From an uncultured Salinibacterium sp. (GTDB taxonomy: Bacteria > Actinomycetota > Actinomycetes > Actinomycetales > Microbacteriaceae), in NCBI RefSeq assembly GCF_963974405.1, contig NZ_CAXBBH010000004.1:17618-81617 (forward strand): DNA of 64,000 nt. The letters are read 5' to 3'. Every line of letters starts with the position of its first letter. Positions within the stretch are counted from its first letter, which is position 1. Made by a program: the position numbers and the translations under genes. Shown piece after piece: positions 39,838-49,435 of the stretch. The notes beneath the pieces were generated by a model. That model had not been told where the DNA came from. It searched no databases and saw nothing but the letters and a program-made list of their open reading frames with translations.

Positions 39838-39870
39838 GCCCCCGTCATGCCTGCATGACGGGGGCTTTTT
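39838..39870. terminator. bidirectional intrinsic terminator between the acyl-CoA ligase gene and def
   Basis: Perfect 12-bp stem GCCCCCGTCATG / CATGACGGGGGC (39838..39849 / 39854..39865) with loop CCTG. Flanked by AAA on the left and TTTTT (39866..39870) on the right. Confidence 0.88.
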
Positions 39871-39906
39871 GTTAACACTTCAGTGAGTGCGTCACACAAG
39901 AACTGT

Positions 39907-40398
39907 CTAGTACCACGGAGCCTTACGGATAGCGCGCATCGCTTCGCGTTTTGTCTCGGCTTCAAGTCCCTCGATGTAAAGGTGGCCGTCGAGGTGATCT
40001 GTCTCATGTTGGAGAGCTTGAGCCATGAGCCCATGACCGCTGAGTTCAACAGCCTCCCCCGAAAGATCCACGCCAGTAACACGCGCAAACGGGTACCGTC
40101 GACGCAAGAAATAGAACCCAGGCACGGAGAGGCAGCCCTCATCAACTAGCTCCGGCTCCCCTGATACCTCGACAAGCACAGGGTTGATGATGTAACCGAT
40201 GTCACCATCGATGTTGTAGCTGAACGCACGCAGGCCAACGCCGATCTGATTGGCAGCGAGCCCAGCACGTCCGGGAAGTTTCACGGTTTCGATAAGGTCA
40301 TCAACCAGTGCCGCGGCACGCGGGTCGCCAATCACTATCGCATCGCACGCCGAACGAAGAACGGGATCGCCGAAGAGACGAATCTCACGAACAGCCAT
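39907..40398 (-). CDS. def: peptide deformylase
   Basis: Motifs [16 protein letters not shown] and HETDHLDG. The start is set at the ATG at 40398 ([14 protein letters not shown]). The track ORF to 40431 would overlap the upstream gene. Confidence 0.93.
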   Translation of the reverse strand: MAVREIRLFGDPVLRSACDAIVIGDPRAAALVDDLIETVKLPGRAGLAANQIGVGLRAFSYNIDGDIGYIINPVLVEVSGEPELVDEGCLSVPGFYFLRRRYPFARVTGVDLSGEAVELSGHGLMAQALQHETDHLDGHLYIEGLEAETKREAMRAIRKAPWY

Positions 40399-40402
40399 AG
40401 TG

Positions 40403-41758
40403 TCAGTTGATCCGAACCGCGGGAAGGCCATCCATGACTACGGCCGCGAGTTCCGTCGCGGCTGCCTTCGTTAGCTTATTGAGGTCGCGGTAATGCACAA
40501 CCGAACCTGTTGCCAGACTGGGGTCGTAAGGAACGCGCACAATCTCACGAACGCGTGATTTGAAGTGAGCCTCAATCTCTTCAAGCTTCACCAAGTTTGT
40601 ACCTTGAGTCGCCGTATTGATAGCTACAACCGCGTTCTTTACCAAGTCCTCATGACCGTTCGACTCGAGCCAAGTCAATGTTTCTGACGCCAAACGTGCC
40701 TCATCCACGCTGCCACCAGAGACGATAACGATTGAATCTGCGCGCTGCAGTGTCGCTCGCATGACTGAGTGGACAATTCCGGTTCCACAGTCCGTGATTG
40801 CCACGGAATAGAACCGCTCAGCCATATCTGCGACCACGTTGTAGTCGTCTTCGTCAAAGGCCTCGGAAACATGAGGGTCGGTATCAGAAGCGAGCACATC
40901 GAGTCGAGTCTCATCTCGAGACACCACGGTCTGGAATTCACTGAACGTGTGAAGGGAGTCAGCCCGCATCACAACATCGCGAACCGTCGCGCGGGTCTGC
41001 TTGTCGATTCGCTCCGCGAGCGTTCCGCGGTCGGGATTCGCATCGATCGCAATGATGCGGTCTTCGCGAGTGTCGGCCAATGCCATACCGAGCAACGCGG
41101 TGATCGTCGTCTTTCCTACTCCACCCTTGCGAGTGAGGACAGGAACGAATCGCGTGCCTCCGATGAATGTCTTAGTGACACGAGCCTCTAGCGCCTTACG
41201 CTCTCGCACCCGGTAGGAGTCCCCCAGATTAACGAGGTGAAAAGTTGCAGCGTAGATCAACTCTTGCAGGAAGCCTTCGGGCGCTGGTCGACGATTCTTC
41301 TTACCCTGATTGATCAAGCGCTCGGCCGTAAGCATCGTTGCCGTTTCTGGAGTTGCACGGACCTCAGTGCGCTGTCGCCCCCGTCGAGTGGTCGGGCGAT
41401 CAGCCGGCGGCAGTTTTGGGATAACGGCAACCTCGGGCGCTGCTTCCGCAGGGATTGTCACAACTGACTCTGGTGCGAAAGCGACTGTCGTTGTCGCCAT
41501 CGCGGCGGGATCGACGTCATGAGCAGTAATCGCGACGTCATCAATCGCAACGGCGGCTTCATGCTCCGGCGTCTCACGGACCGCAACAGGCAACGAGAGT
41601 GTAAAAGTTACGCTCTCGGGCTGTGGGGCCTGTTCGACTGTCGAGTCTTTCGTGTCGTGATCGGTCGACGAAGAGTGCGCGTCGTCGGACGACTGCACAT
41701 CTGGTTCATTGCGCTTGGTAGTCACGTGGCGATCCCTTTCAGAAAGCAAACACACCAC
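40403..41758 (-). CDS. MinD/ParA-family P-loop ATPase with a ~190-aa low-complexity N-terminal extension
   Basis: 451 aa. Deviant Walker A ([16 protein letters not shown]) followed by [13 protein letters not shown]. The N-terminal ~190 aa are acidic and Ala/Pro/Thr-rich with no recognisable motifs. Confidence 0.8.
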   Translation of the reverse strand: MVCLLSERDRHVTTKRNEPDVQSSDDAHSSSTDHDTKDSTVEQAPQPESVTFTLSLPVAVRETPEHEAAVAIDDVAITAHDVDPAAMATTTVAFAPESVVTIPAEAAPEVAVIPKLPPADRPTTRRGRQRTEVRATPETATMLTAERLINQGKKNRRPAPEGFLQELIYAATFHLVNLGDSYRVRERKALEARVTKTFIGGTRFVPVLTRKGGVGKTTITALLGMALADTREDRIIAIDANPDRGTLAERIDKQTRATVRDVVMRADSLHTFSEFQTVVSRDETRLDVLASDTDPHVSEAFDEDDYNVVADMAERFYSVAITDCGTGIVHSVMRATLQRADSIVIVSGGSVDEARLASETLTWLESNGHEDLVKNAVVAINTATQGTNLVKLEEIEAHFKSRVREIVRVPYDPSLATGSVVHYRDLNKLTKAAATELAAVVMDGLPAVRIN

Positions 41759-41778
41759 TTTACCGCGTTAACGAGCAA

Positions 41779-41810
41779 GACGTGACCGTTGCATACACAA
41801 CGGTCACGTC
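41779..41810 (-). terminator. perfect 12-bp hairpin between pyc and the MinD/ParA gene (terminator or attenuator; no clear T tract)
   Basis: GACGTGACCGTT (41779..41790) / AACGGTCACGTC (41799..41810) with an 8-nt loop. Lies 24 nt downstream of the pyc stop and is followed on the minus strand by TTGCTCGTT. Confidence 0.45.
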
Positions 41811-41833
41811 CCTACCCTACAAAAACTGGGATG

Positions 41834-44800
41834 TTAGCTCGGCTCAATTTCCACAAGAAGGTCACCGGCATCTACTTGCTGAGTCTTGGGTATAGCCAAA
41901 CGCTTGACTGTACCGGCAACGGAGGCAGTAATCGCCGCTTCCATTTTCATTGCCTCGATCGACGCAACGGCCTGGCCTGCCTCCACAGAGGCGCCCTCTT
42001 CGACTTGCAACGTGACAACACCAGAGAAAGGTGCTGCAACATGACCCGGCTTCGAGGCATCTGCCTTCTCGGTGGCCGTTGAATCAACCTTAATGCTGTG
42101 ATCACGCACAAATACGGGACGCAGCTGACCGTTCAGAGTGGCCATGACCGTGCGAATGCCCTTCTCATCAGCCTCACCGATTGCTTCGAGGCCCACGAAG
42201 AGCTGTACGCCCTTTTCGATCTCTACGACGTGCTCTTTGCCCTGCTGGATGCCGTACAGGTAGTCAGTGCTGTCGAGCTGGGACAAGTCGCCGTAGGTTT
42301 CGCGGGCGGTCTCAAAGATCTGAGTCGGTCCAGCGAACAAGAGGCGATTGAGCGCCGATCGGCGGTCATTGGGCTCGCCGTCAAGCGCGGCCTGGTCATC
42401 AGCGCTGATCTCTTCAACACCAATCTTGACGTTACGACCCTTGAGCACCTTCGTGCGGAACGGCTCCGGCCAACCACCGGGAAGCTCGCCCAGCTCTCCA
42501 GCCATGAACCCGATCACCGAGTCTGGGATGTCGTATTTATCGGGATTCTCTTCAAAGTCAGCTGGGTCAGCGTTTGCCGCAGCCAGCGCCAAAGCCAAAT
42601 CACCAACGACCTTGGACGACGGAGTCACCTTCGGCGGGCGACCCAACATCTTGTTGGCAGCAGCGTAGAGGTTCTCAATAGTCTCGAATTGGTCAGCAAG
42701 GCCAAGAGCGATTGCCTGCTGACGCAGGTTGGAAAGCTGACCACCGGGAATCTCATGGTGGTAAACACGTCCCGTCGGCCCGGGTAGTCCCGATTCGAAC
42801 GGCGCGTACGTGTGTCGCACTGCTTCCCAGTAGGGTTCAAGGTCAGACACCGCATCCAAAGAAATTCCGGTGTCACGTTCCGTGTGCGCGAGAGCGGCGA
42901 CTAGCGCTGACATCGACGGCTGGCTCGTGGTTCCCGCCATCGGAGCACTAGCGACGTCGACGGCATCCGCACCAGCACGCGACGCAGCCAGGAGAGTCGC
43001 CAGCTGGCCCCCAGCGGTGTCGTGCGTGTGAACGTGGACCGGAGCGTCGAAACGTTCACGAAGCGCCGTTACAAGCGTCTCAGCGGCTTCTGCTCGTAGC
43101 AAGCCGGCCATATCTTTGATCGCGAGCACGTGGGCGCCGCTCTCAATGATCTGCTCGGCAAGCGTGAGGTAGTAGTCAAGCGTGTACAGATCTTCTTTGG
43201 GGTCGAGGAGATCGCCCGTGTAGCAGAGCGCCACTTCAGCGACAGCCGTGCCCGTGCTGAGAACCGCATCGATGGCCGGACGCATCTGCGAAACATCGTT
43301 GAGCGCATCGAAAATACGAAAGATATCAACCCCGGTGTCAGCAGCTTCGCGCACGAAGGCATCCGTCACTCTTGTGGGGTAGGGCGTGTAGCCCACGGTG
43401 TTGCGGCCACGCAGCAACATCTGTATCGCCACGTTCGGCAGCACCTCACGCATCGAGGCAAGACGCTCCCAAGGGTCTTCAGCCAAGAAGCGCAGCGCAA
43501 CGTCGTACGTTGCCCCACCCCAGGCCTCGACCGACAGCAACTCCGGCGTCAGGCGCGCAACGTGCGGCATGACCGCGACGAGGTCGCGAGTGCGTACGCG
43601 AGTCGCCAAGAGCGACTGGTGAGCATCCCGGAAAGTGGTTTCCGTCACAGCAAGCGACTTCTGCTCGCGCAATGCGGACGCAAAGCCAGCTGGACCGAGC
43701 TCAAGCAGTCGCTGACGCGAACCCGCGGGAGCGTCCGTCGCGAGATCGACCTCGGGAAGCTTCAACTGCGGCTTAATGATTCCCGCACCATCGCCGTTGG
43801 GCTGGTTGACGGTTACATCAGCAAGCCACGTAAGGATCTTGGTTCCGCGGTCCTTCGAGCGGTGCGAGTTGACTAGCCACGGACGCTCATCAATGAACGC
43901 GGTGCTCACGTCGCCAGCGATGAACTCGGGATCGTCAAGCACCCCCTGCAAGAACGGAATGTTCGTGGTGACACCACGAAGACGGAACTCAGCAAGGCCG
44001 CGACGCGCACGGCGCACTGCCGACGCAAAATCGCGCCCACGGCATGTCATCTTGACGAGCATGGAGTCGAAATGAGGCGAAATCTGCGCACCGGCAGAAA
44101 CTGTTCCACCGTCGAGACGGATACCAGCACCACCAGGCGAACGGTACGTCGTGATCTTTCCCGTATCGGGACGGAACCCGCTCGCTGGGTCTTCTGTCGT
44201 GATGCGGCACTGCAGCGCTGCTCCACGCAACTTGAGCTCGTCTTGACGCAATCCCAGTTCATCAAGTGACTCGCCATAAGCAATTCGCATCTGAGACTGG
44301 ACGAGATCGACATCAGTGACCTCTTCGGTGACCGTGTGCTCGACCTGAATGCGCGGGTTCATCTCAATGAAAACGTGTTCGCCCTTGCGCTCTCCCGCGG
44401 TGTCGAGCAAGAACTCGACAGTTCCGGCGTTCACGTAGTCGATTGACTTGGCGAAAGCGATAGCGTCTCGGTACATCGCTTGACGGATGTTGTCGTCAAG
44501 ATTGGGAGCGGGAGCAATTTCGACAACCTTTTGGTGGCGTCGCTGCACTGAGCAGTCACGCTCAAAGAGGTGAATCGTTCCGCCGTGAGAATCAGCGAGG
44601 ATCTGCACCTCGATGTGACGGGGGCGGACCACAGCCTGCTCGATAAACATCGTGGGATCGCCGAATGCGCTGTCCGCTTCGCGCATCGCTTCTTCCAGCG
44701 CACCTCGGAGATCTTCCTTCTTATCCACGCGGCGCATTCCACGACCGCCACCGCCGGCGACGGCCTTAGCGAAAACGGGAAAACCGATTTCTTCTGCTCC

Positions 44801-45238
44801 GGCAAGAAGAGCTTCGAGGTCGGTACTTGCTGGAGTGGACTTCAACACAGGAACTCCCGCAGCAATGGCGTGTTCCTTTGCGGTGACCTTGTTGCCGGCC
44901 ATCTCCAACACCTTGGTTGGAGGGCCAATGAAGGTGATTCCCGCCTCCGCGGCAGCCCGAGCGAGATCAGGGTTTTCGGAGAGGAAGCCGTAGCCGGGGT
45001 AGATCGCGTCGGCACCCGACTCTTTCGCAACGCGAATAATTTCCGAAACATCGAGGTAAGCACGAACGGGATGCCCCTCTTCACCAATCTGATATGCCTC
45101 ATCAGCTTTCAGACGATGAACCGAGTTTCGGTCCTCGTACGGAAAAACGGCCACGGTTCTTGCCCCGAGCTCGACAGCCGCGCGCATAGCGCGGATCGCA
45201 ATCTCACCTCGGTTGGCAACGAGAATCTTCTTGAACAT
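41834..45238 (-). CDS. pyc: pyruvate carboxylase
   Basis: Biotin carboxylase N-terminus MFKKILVANRGEIAIRA, a carboxyltransferase TIM-barrel region, and a C-terminal biotinyl domain with EAMKME. The start is set at the ATG at 45238 after AGGAAGGA. The track ORF starts 8 codons earlier. Confidence 0.96.
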   Translation of the reverse strand: MFKKILVANRGEIAIRAMRAAVELGARTVAVFPYEDRNSVHRLKADEAYQIGEEGHPVRAYLDVSEIIRVAKESGADAIYPGYGFLSENPDLARAAAEAGITFIGPPTKVLEMAGNKVTAKEHAIAAGVPVLKSTPASTDLEALLAGAEEIGFPVFAKAVAGGGGRGMRRVDKKEDLRGALEEAMREADSAFGDPTMFIEQAVVRPRHIEVQILADSHGGTIHLFERDCSVQRRHQKVVEIAPAPNLDDNIRQAMYRDAIAFAKSIDYVNAGTVEFLLDTAGERKGEHVFIEMNPRIQVEHTVTEEVTDVDLVQSQMRIAYGESLDELGLRQDELKLRGAALQCRITTEDPASGFRPDTGKITTYRSPGGAGIRLDGGTVSAGAQISPHFDSMLVKMTCRGRDFASAVRRARRGLAEFRLRGVTTNIPFLQGVLDDPEFIAGDVSTAFIDERPWLVNSHRSKDRGTKILTWLADVTVNQPNGDGAGIIKPQLKLPEVDLATDAPAGSRQRLLELGPAGFASALREQKSLAVTETTFRDAHQSLLATRVRTRDLVAVMPHVARLTPELLSVEAWGGATYDVALRFLAEDPWERLASMREVLPNVAIQMLLRGRNTVGYTPYPTRVTDAFVREAADTGVDIFRIFDALNDVSQMRPAIDAVLSTGTAVAEVALCYTGDLLDPKEDLYTLDYYLTLAEQIIESGAHVLAIKDMAGLLRAEAAETLVTALRERFDAPVHVHTHDTAGGQLATLLAASRAGADAVDVASAPMAGTTSQPSMSALVAALAHTERDTGISLDAVSDLEPYWEAVRHTYAPFESGLPGPTGRVYHHEIPGGQLSNLRQQAIALGLADQFETIENLYAAANKMLGRPPKVTPSSKVVGDLALALAAANADPADFEENPDKYDIPDSVIGFMAGELGELPGGWPEPFRTKVLKGRNVKIGVEEISADDQAALDGEPNDRRSALNRLLFAGPTQIFETARETYGDLSQLDSTDYLYGIQQGKEHVVEIEKGVQLFVGLEAIGEADEKGIRTVMATLNGQLRPVFVRDHSIKVDSTATEKADASKPGHVAAPFSGVVTLQVEEGASVEAGQAVASIEAMKMEAAITASVAGTVKRLAIPKTQQVDAGDLLVEIEPS

Positions 45239-45338
45239 TCGGTCCTTCCTGACAAAAACCAAGCCTAGAGTGATTGAACTCTGGCAGTTTCCTCAAGGGT
45301 GCGCAAAAGTTGGCGGAGTTTTAGGTTTCTTAACAGTA

Positions 45339-46166
45339 GTGAAGGTATCGTCGTTACTCGTGCACGTACTTAGCGTTAGCTCCCTCAAGGGGGGCGTGGG
45401 AAAGACGACCGTCACGCTTGGGCTCGCTTCGGCAGCCTTTGCTCGCGGTCTTCGAACTCTCGTCGTCGACCTTGACCCACAGTCCGATGTTTCGACCGGA
45501 ATGGACATTGATGTCGCCGGTCACCTCAATGTTGCTGACGTGCTGGCTTCTCCTAAGGAAAAGATCGTGCGCGCCGCGATAGCACCAAGCGGCTGGACTC
45601 GAGGTCGACCGGGAAAAATTGACGTTCTCATCGGCTCGCCGTCTGCCATCAACTTTGATGGGCCGCACCCCAGCATTCGCGATATTTGGAAGCTCGAAGA
45701 GGCGCTCGCCAATGTCGAAGCGGACTACGACCTCGTGCTCATCGACTGCGCCCCTTCGCTCAACGCCCTGACGCGCACCGCCTGGGCCGCGAGCGATCGT
45801 GTGTCGATTGTTACCGAACCTGGCCTGTTTTCGGTCGCCGCTGCCGATCGTGCACTACGCGCGATCGAAGAGATTCGCCGCGGGCTCTCCCCTCGCTTGC
45901 AGCCGCTCGGAATTATCGTGAATCGTTTGCGTTCGCAATCTCTCGAGCACCAGTTCCGCATCAAAGAACTGCGCGACATGTTTGGTCCGCTTGTACTATC
46001 GCCCCAGCTTCCCGAGCGCACGTCACTGCAGCAAGCCCAAGGTGCCGCAAAACCGTTGCACGTGTGGCCAGGCGAAAGCGCGCAAGAAATGGCGCGCTAC
46101 TTTGACCAGATTCTTGACCGTGTCATGCGGGCAGCTCGCATGGGTGAATATAACGGTGGACAGTGA
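45339..46166 (+). CDS. ParA/Soj-like P-loop ATPase (orphan, no parB or parS nearby)
   Basis: Deviant Walker [16 protein letters not shown] and DLDPQSD. The track ORF start (45213) overlaps pyc. Likely GTG starts are at 45339 or 45360, so the start is uncertain. Confidence 0.8.
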   Translation: MKVSSLLVHVLSVSSLKGGVGKTTVTLGLASAAFARGLRTLVVDLDPQSDVSTGMDIDVAGHLNVADVLASPKEKIVRAAIAPSGWTRGRPGKIDVLIGSPSAINFDGPHPSIRDIWKLEEALANVEADYDLVLIDCAPSLNALTRTAWAASDRVSIVTEPGLFSVAAADRALRAIEEIRRGLSPRLQPLGIIVNRLRSQSLEHQFRIKELRDMFGPLVLSPQLPERTSLQQAQGAAKPLHVWPGESAQEMARYFDQILDRVMRAARMGEYNGGQ

Positions 46167-46299
46167 CCACCTCACGGCGCACAATCATCTGCTAATCGCT
46201 AGCAACTAGCGCGCACAGCGATAGTTCGCGCAACACAAGTGCTCGACGGCATCGCGGCAAAATAGTCATGCCGACGCAAGAAATCTGACGAAACGTTTT

Positions 46300-46848
46300 C
46301 TACGATGCGCGGGATGCGCGGCGCTTGGCCAGCTCATCCATAGGGTCTTCGCCCTTGACTGTGTCGAGGTCAATAAGGCTAGTTTCCACTTCGCGGAGAA
46401 CCTTGCCAACAGCAATGCCGAAGACGCCCTGACCGCGGCTCACGAGGTCAATGACCTCGTCGTTCGATGTACAGAGATAAACGCCGGCTCCATCACTCAT
46501 GAGAGTGGTTTGAGCAAGATCATGAATGCCCGATTCGCGTAGCTGATTGACGGCAATACGGATCTGCTGAAGGGAGATTCCGGTATCGAGGAGTCGCTTC
46601 ACGAGCTTGAGGACAAGAATGTCCCGGAAGCCATACAGGCGCTGCGAGCCAGAGCCTGCGGCTCCACGAACAGTAGGCTCTACGAGCTGAGTGCGGGCCC
46701 AGTAGTCAAGTTGCCGGTAGCTAATGCCAGCGGCGCGAGCCGCCACGGCGCCTCGGTAGCCTGCGGTGTCATCGAGGTCGGGCATCCCGTCGGTAAAGAG
46801 GAGGCCAAGATCGTAGCGTGACTCTTCGCTACGGTTCACTTCACTCAT
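46300..46848 (-). CDS. MerR-family transcriptional regulator (Rv1830-like)
   Basis: 182 aa. MerR HTH (YRGAVAARAAGISYRQLDYWART...RLYGFRDILVLKLVKRLLDTGISLQQIR). Confidence 0.82.
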   Translation of the reverse strand: MSEVNRSEESRYDLGLLFTDGMPDLDDTAGYRGAVAARAAGISYRQLDYWARTQLVEPTVRGAAGSGSQRLYGFRDILVLKLVKRLLDTGISLQQIRIAVNQLRESGIHDLAQTTLMSDGAGVYLCTSNDEVIDLVSRGQGVFGIAVGKVLREVETSLIDLDTVKGEDPMDELAKRRASRAS

Positions 46849-47071
46849 GGCTTTGCCCCTTTAGTTCTGATTGATCAGCACAAAACAACGAACCTTCATG
46901 TTGAAGTTGACGCTTAGTGTTTCGTGTTACCCCACGGTAGTCACGCCCACCGCCTCGATCAACGACATTCGCAAAAACGCGACGGCGTGTCGGATTCAGT
47001 TGGATAAAACTGGGCCAACCTCACTGAACCGTCAACGGCGTGAGCCGAAAACGGTCAACAGATCGACCGTA

Positions 47072-47770
47072 CTACGAATCGAGTCGACTGAGGGCAGATC
47101 GGATAAGACTGCTTCGAACAATCTCCAACTGGCCCGCAATTTCACGTGCCATCTCAGCGGCGCGAGCGCGACTCGAAGCATCCTTACGTCGTGCAACAGG
47201 CATTAACGCGCTCTCAATGAGCCCCAGCTCGCGCTCTGCAGCCGCACGGAAGCCACGAAGGTGTCGTGGTTCAATGCCACTGCGCTGAAGTTCCACAAGC
47301 GACTTGAGCACCGCGAGGGAGTCTTCGCCAAAAACATCGGATGCCACAATGAGCGATGACGAAACAGCATCGCCAAGCAACATGGGGCTTGCCCCAGCCT
47401 CGCGGATGAGTTCGTCGCGAGTGAGCTTGCGCTCTGCCGAGAGCATAGAGGCTGCAGCGACCGCGCCACCGGGGAGCTCCGGAGTGCGCCCCGCATCCAT
47501 TTCTTCTAGGTAGCCACGAATGACTTTAAGGGGAAGATAGTGGTCACGCTGCATAGTGAGCACGAACCGCAAGCGCTCCATATCGCCAGGCGAGAACTTG
47601 CGGTACCCCGACGCAGTACGAGCCGGAGCGACAAGTTTGCGCTCCTCTAGAAAGCGCAATTTCGATGGCGTGAGATCAGGAAACTCAGGACTCAACTTGG
47701 CAAGGACCTGGCCAATACTCAGTAGCGCCGGCGCCGGCGCTGAACGCGCTTGACGCGCTACCTCAGCCAC
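47072..47770 (-). CDS. MerR-family transcriptional regulator (Rv1828 / Corynebacterium FtsR-like by position next to the FHA gene)
   Basis: 232 aa. GTG start overlapping the garA stop by 1 nt (TAGTG). MerR HTH (LSIGQVLAKLSPEFPDLTPSKLRFLEERKLV...YRKFSPGDMERLRFVL). Confidence 0.8.
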   Translation of the reverse strand: MAEVARQARSAPAPALLSIGQVLAKLSPEFPDLTPSKLRFLEERKLVAPARTASGYRKFSPGDMERLRFVLTMQRDHYLPLKVIRGYLEEMDAGRTPELPGGAVAAASMLSAERKLTRDELIREAGASPMLLGDAVSSSLIVASDVFGEDSLAVLKSLVELQRSGIEPRHLRGFRAAAERELGLIESALMPVARRKDASSRARAAEMAREIAGQLEIVRSSLIRSALSRLDS

Positions 47771-48279
47771 TAATTGCCAGCCGCAGGAGCAAGATCGCGG
47801 CGCGAGGCGTAAAAAGTGAGCTTGTACTTGCCTATTTGAACTTCGGCGCGATCGCGAAGCGTTGCACTTGCCGCAATACGGTCACCGCCAAGATAGGTGC
47901 CGTTGAGCGAACCCAAATCTTTGACCTCGAACGACTTCTCATTGCGCACAAACTCAACATGACGACGAGAAACCGTGACGTCATCAAGAAAAATGTCTGC
48001 CTCGGGATGACGCCCCACAGTCGTGAGATCAGCATCCAAAAGGAAGCGGGCACCCACGTTGGGTCCACGACGAACTATCAGCAAGGCAGAGCCCGAAGGC
48101 AAAGCAGCGATCGCGGATTGTTCATCGGCCGACACATCGGCGCCCATTGCGGCGACTTGAGCCGCAAACTCGTGATTGTACGTCGCAGTGGTGTCGGTGC
48201 GCTCGACAATAGGCTGCGCGGACGTCTCGTTTGCCGACTGTACGTCGGCGCCGTGACCATTATTCATTGACTCAACCAT
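47770..48279 (-). CDS. garA: FHA-domain regulator GarA/OdhI
   Basis: 169 aa. The FHA core LPSGSALLIVRRGPNVGARFLLD...GRHPEADIFLDDVTVSRRHVEF...GSLNGTY is near-colinear with M. tuberculosis GarA as I remember it. The N-terminal Thr cluster ERTDTTATY sits at the position of the ETTS phospho-site. Confidence 0.9.
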   Translation of the reverse strand: MVESMNNGHGADVQSANETSAQPIVERTDTTATYNHEFAAQVAAMGADVSADEQSAIAALPSGSALLIVRRGPNVGARFLLDADLTTVGRHPEADIFLDDVTVSRRHVEFVRNEKSFEVKDLGSLNGTYLGGDRIAASATLRDRAEVQIGKYKLTFYASRRDLAPAAGN

Positions 48280-48323
48280 CGCAAACCTCCCTGACTAACC
48301 AGCGTATCGGATCGGGACGCTCC

Positions 48324-48908
48324 TCAGACCCTCGGAAGGCGAGAAATTCGGACAGATTGTGCGACGTAAATGAATCCGGCCCACCAATACAAGAACGCAC
48401 CCCAGAGCGCGAACGCCCACCCCACCGGATCAGTCACCTCCGCGATGGCAGGAAATGCTTGGCCCAACATCAACACTGGAAGCGCATAGAACAACGCCGC
48501 CGTCGCCACTTTGCCCAAGTGGTGCACGGGAAGCGGCCCAAACCCATAGTTTGCAGAAATAATTCCTAAGACCGCAAGCATGACTTCACGCGTGACAATA
48601 ACGACAAACAACCACCAGGGAATCACGCCACGAGCGGCCAAGCCAATGAGCGCAGCAAAGATGAAGAGGCGGTCAGCGGCCGGGTCAAGCAACTGTCCCA
48701 ACCGAGTCATCTGGTTGAAGCGTCGCGCAATGAAGCCATCGAGGTAATCGCTAAGGCTCGAAAAAACCAAGACAATCAGCGCCAACGCGTCTTGCGCAGA
48801 AACGATGAAATACAAGAACACCGGCACGAGCCCGAGCCTGATGAAACTCAAGATATTGGGCACAGTCCACACACGGTTGCTGATCTCGGGTGAACTGTGC
48901 GTGGCCAC
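48324..48908 (-). CDS. CDP-alcohol phosphatidyltransferase family protein
   Basis: 194 aa polytopic protein. Family motif DGx2ARx8Gx3Dx3D seen as DYLDGFIARRFNQMTRLGQLLDPAADR. Confidence 0.88.
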   Translation of the reverse strand: MATHSSPEISNRVWTVPNILSFIRLGLVPVFLYFIVSAQDALALIVLVFSSLSDYLDGFIARRFNQMTRLGQLLDPAADRLFIFAALIGLAARGVIPWWLFVVIVTREVMLAVLGIISANYGFGPLPVHHLGKVATAALFYALPVLMLGQAFPAIAEVTDPVGWAFALWGAFLYWWAGFIYVAQSVRISRLPRV

Positions 48909-48991
48909 ATCCTGAGTCTATCGAGCATCCGCATCCAAAATGCCGACAATGCGGCGCGGTCTCGCAGGAGCGCACGAGTATCCTCGAAACC

Positions 48992-49435
48992 ATGTCATGC
49001 ATCCGGTTCAACACTCCCGCCCAACGGGCCCAGCTGCGAGCTATGGCACCCTCGATGCTCACCGCTGAGGAAGCCGCCGCGCTGCACCCCGCCCCCGAGG
49101 TAACTGAAAGTAAGATCGCACGCCTTCGACTGCTGGCTGCCGACTCCAATCCCAAGATTCGCGAGAGCGCTGCGAGCAATCACAACACCCCGCTTGATGT
49201 GTTTGAAGCGCTCGCCCGCGATAGCGATGAGGGCGTTCGAGCGTGCGTCGCCCGCAATGAGCACGCTCCATGCGATGTTCTTCGGATGCTCGTCGATGAC
49301 CCCTCGGAGGTCGTGCGTGGATTCCTCGCCATCAACTTCTTTGTGCCGGATGACGCCATGAGCACCCTCGCAGCCGACGGCAACCCCACGGTGCAGCGCC
49401 TCGTTCAGTGGAAAACTGAATTAGCGACCGCTTAA
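48992..49435 (+). CDS. hypothetical protein with leucine-rich-variant/HEAT-like repeats
   Basis: Repeating ~24-aa units (DSNPKIRESAASNHNTPLDVFEALA / DSDEGVRACVARNEHAPCDVLRMLV / DPSEVVRGFLAINFFVPDDAMSTLA / DGNPTVQRLV). The start is uncertain: GTG at 48890 (overlaps the divergent gene), or ATG at 48992, 49043 or 49055. Confidence 0.5.
   Translation: MSCIRFNTPAQRAQLRAMAPSMLTAEEAAALHPAPEVTESKIARLRLLAADSNPKIRESAASNHNTPLDVFEALARDSDEGVRACVARNEHAPCDVLRMLVDDPSEVVRGFLAINFFVPDDAMSTLAADGNPTVQRLVQWKTELATA

Noticed and set aside
46849-47071. A possible small gene or a remnant of an Rv1829-like nuclease in the 223-bp gap. The track ORF 46871..47206 on the plus strand was also considered.
   Set aside because: There is no minus-strand ORF of useful length with an SD sequence. 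The plus-strand ORF overlaps the MerR gene 3' end antisense and has no motifs. I cannot exclude a small protein or sRNA without expression data.
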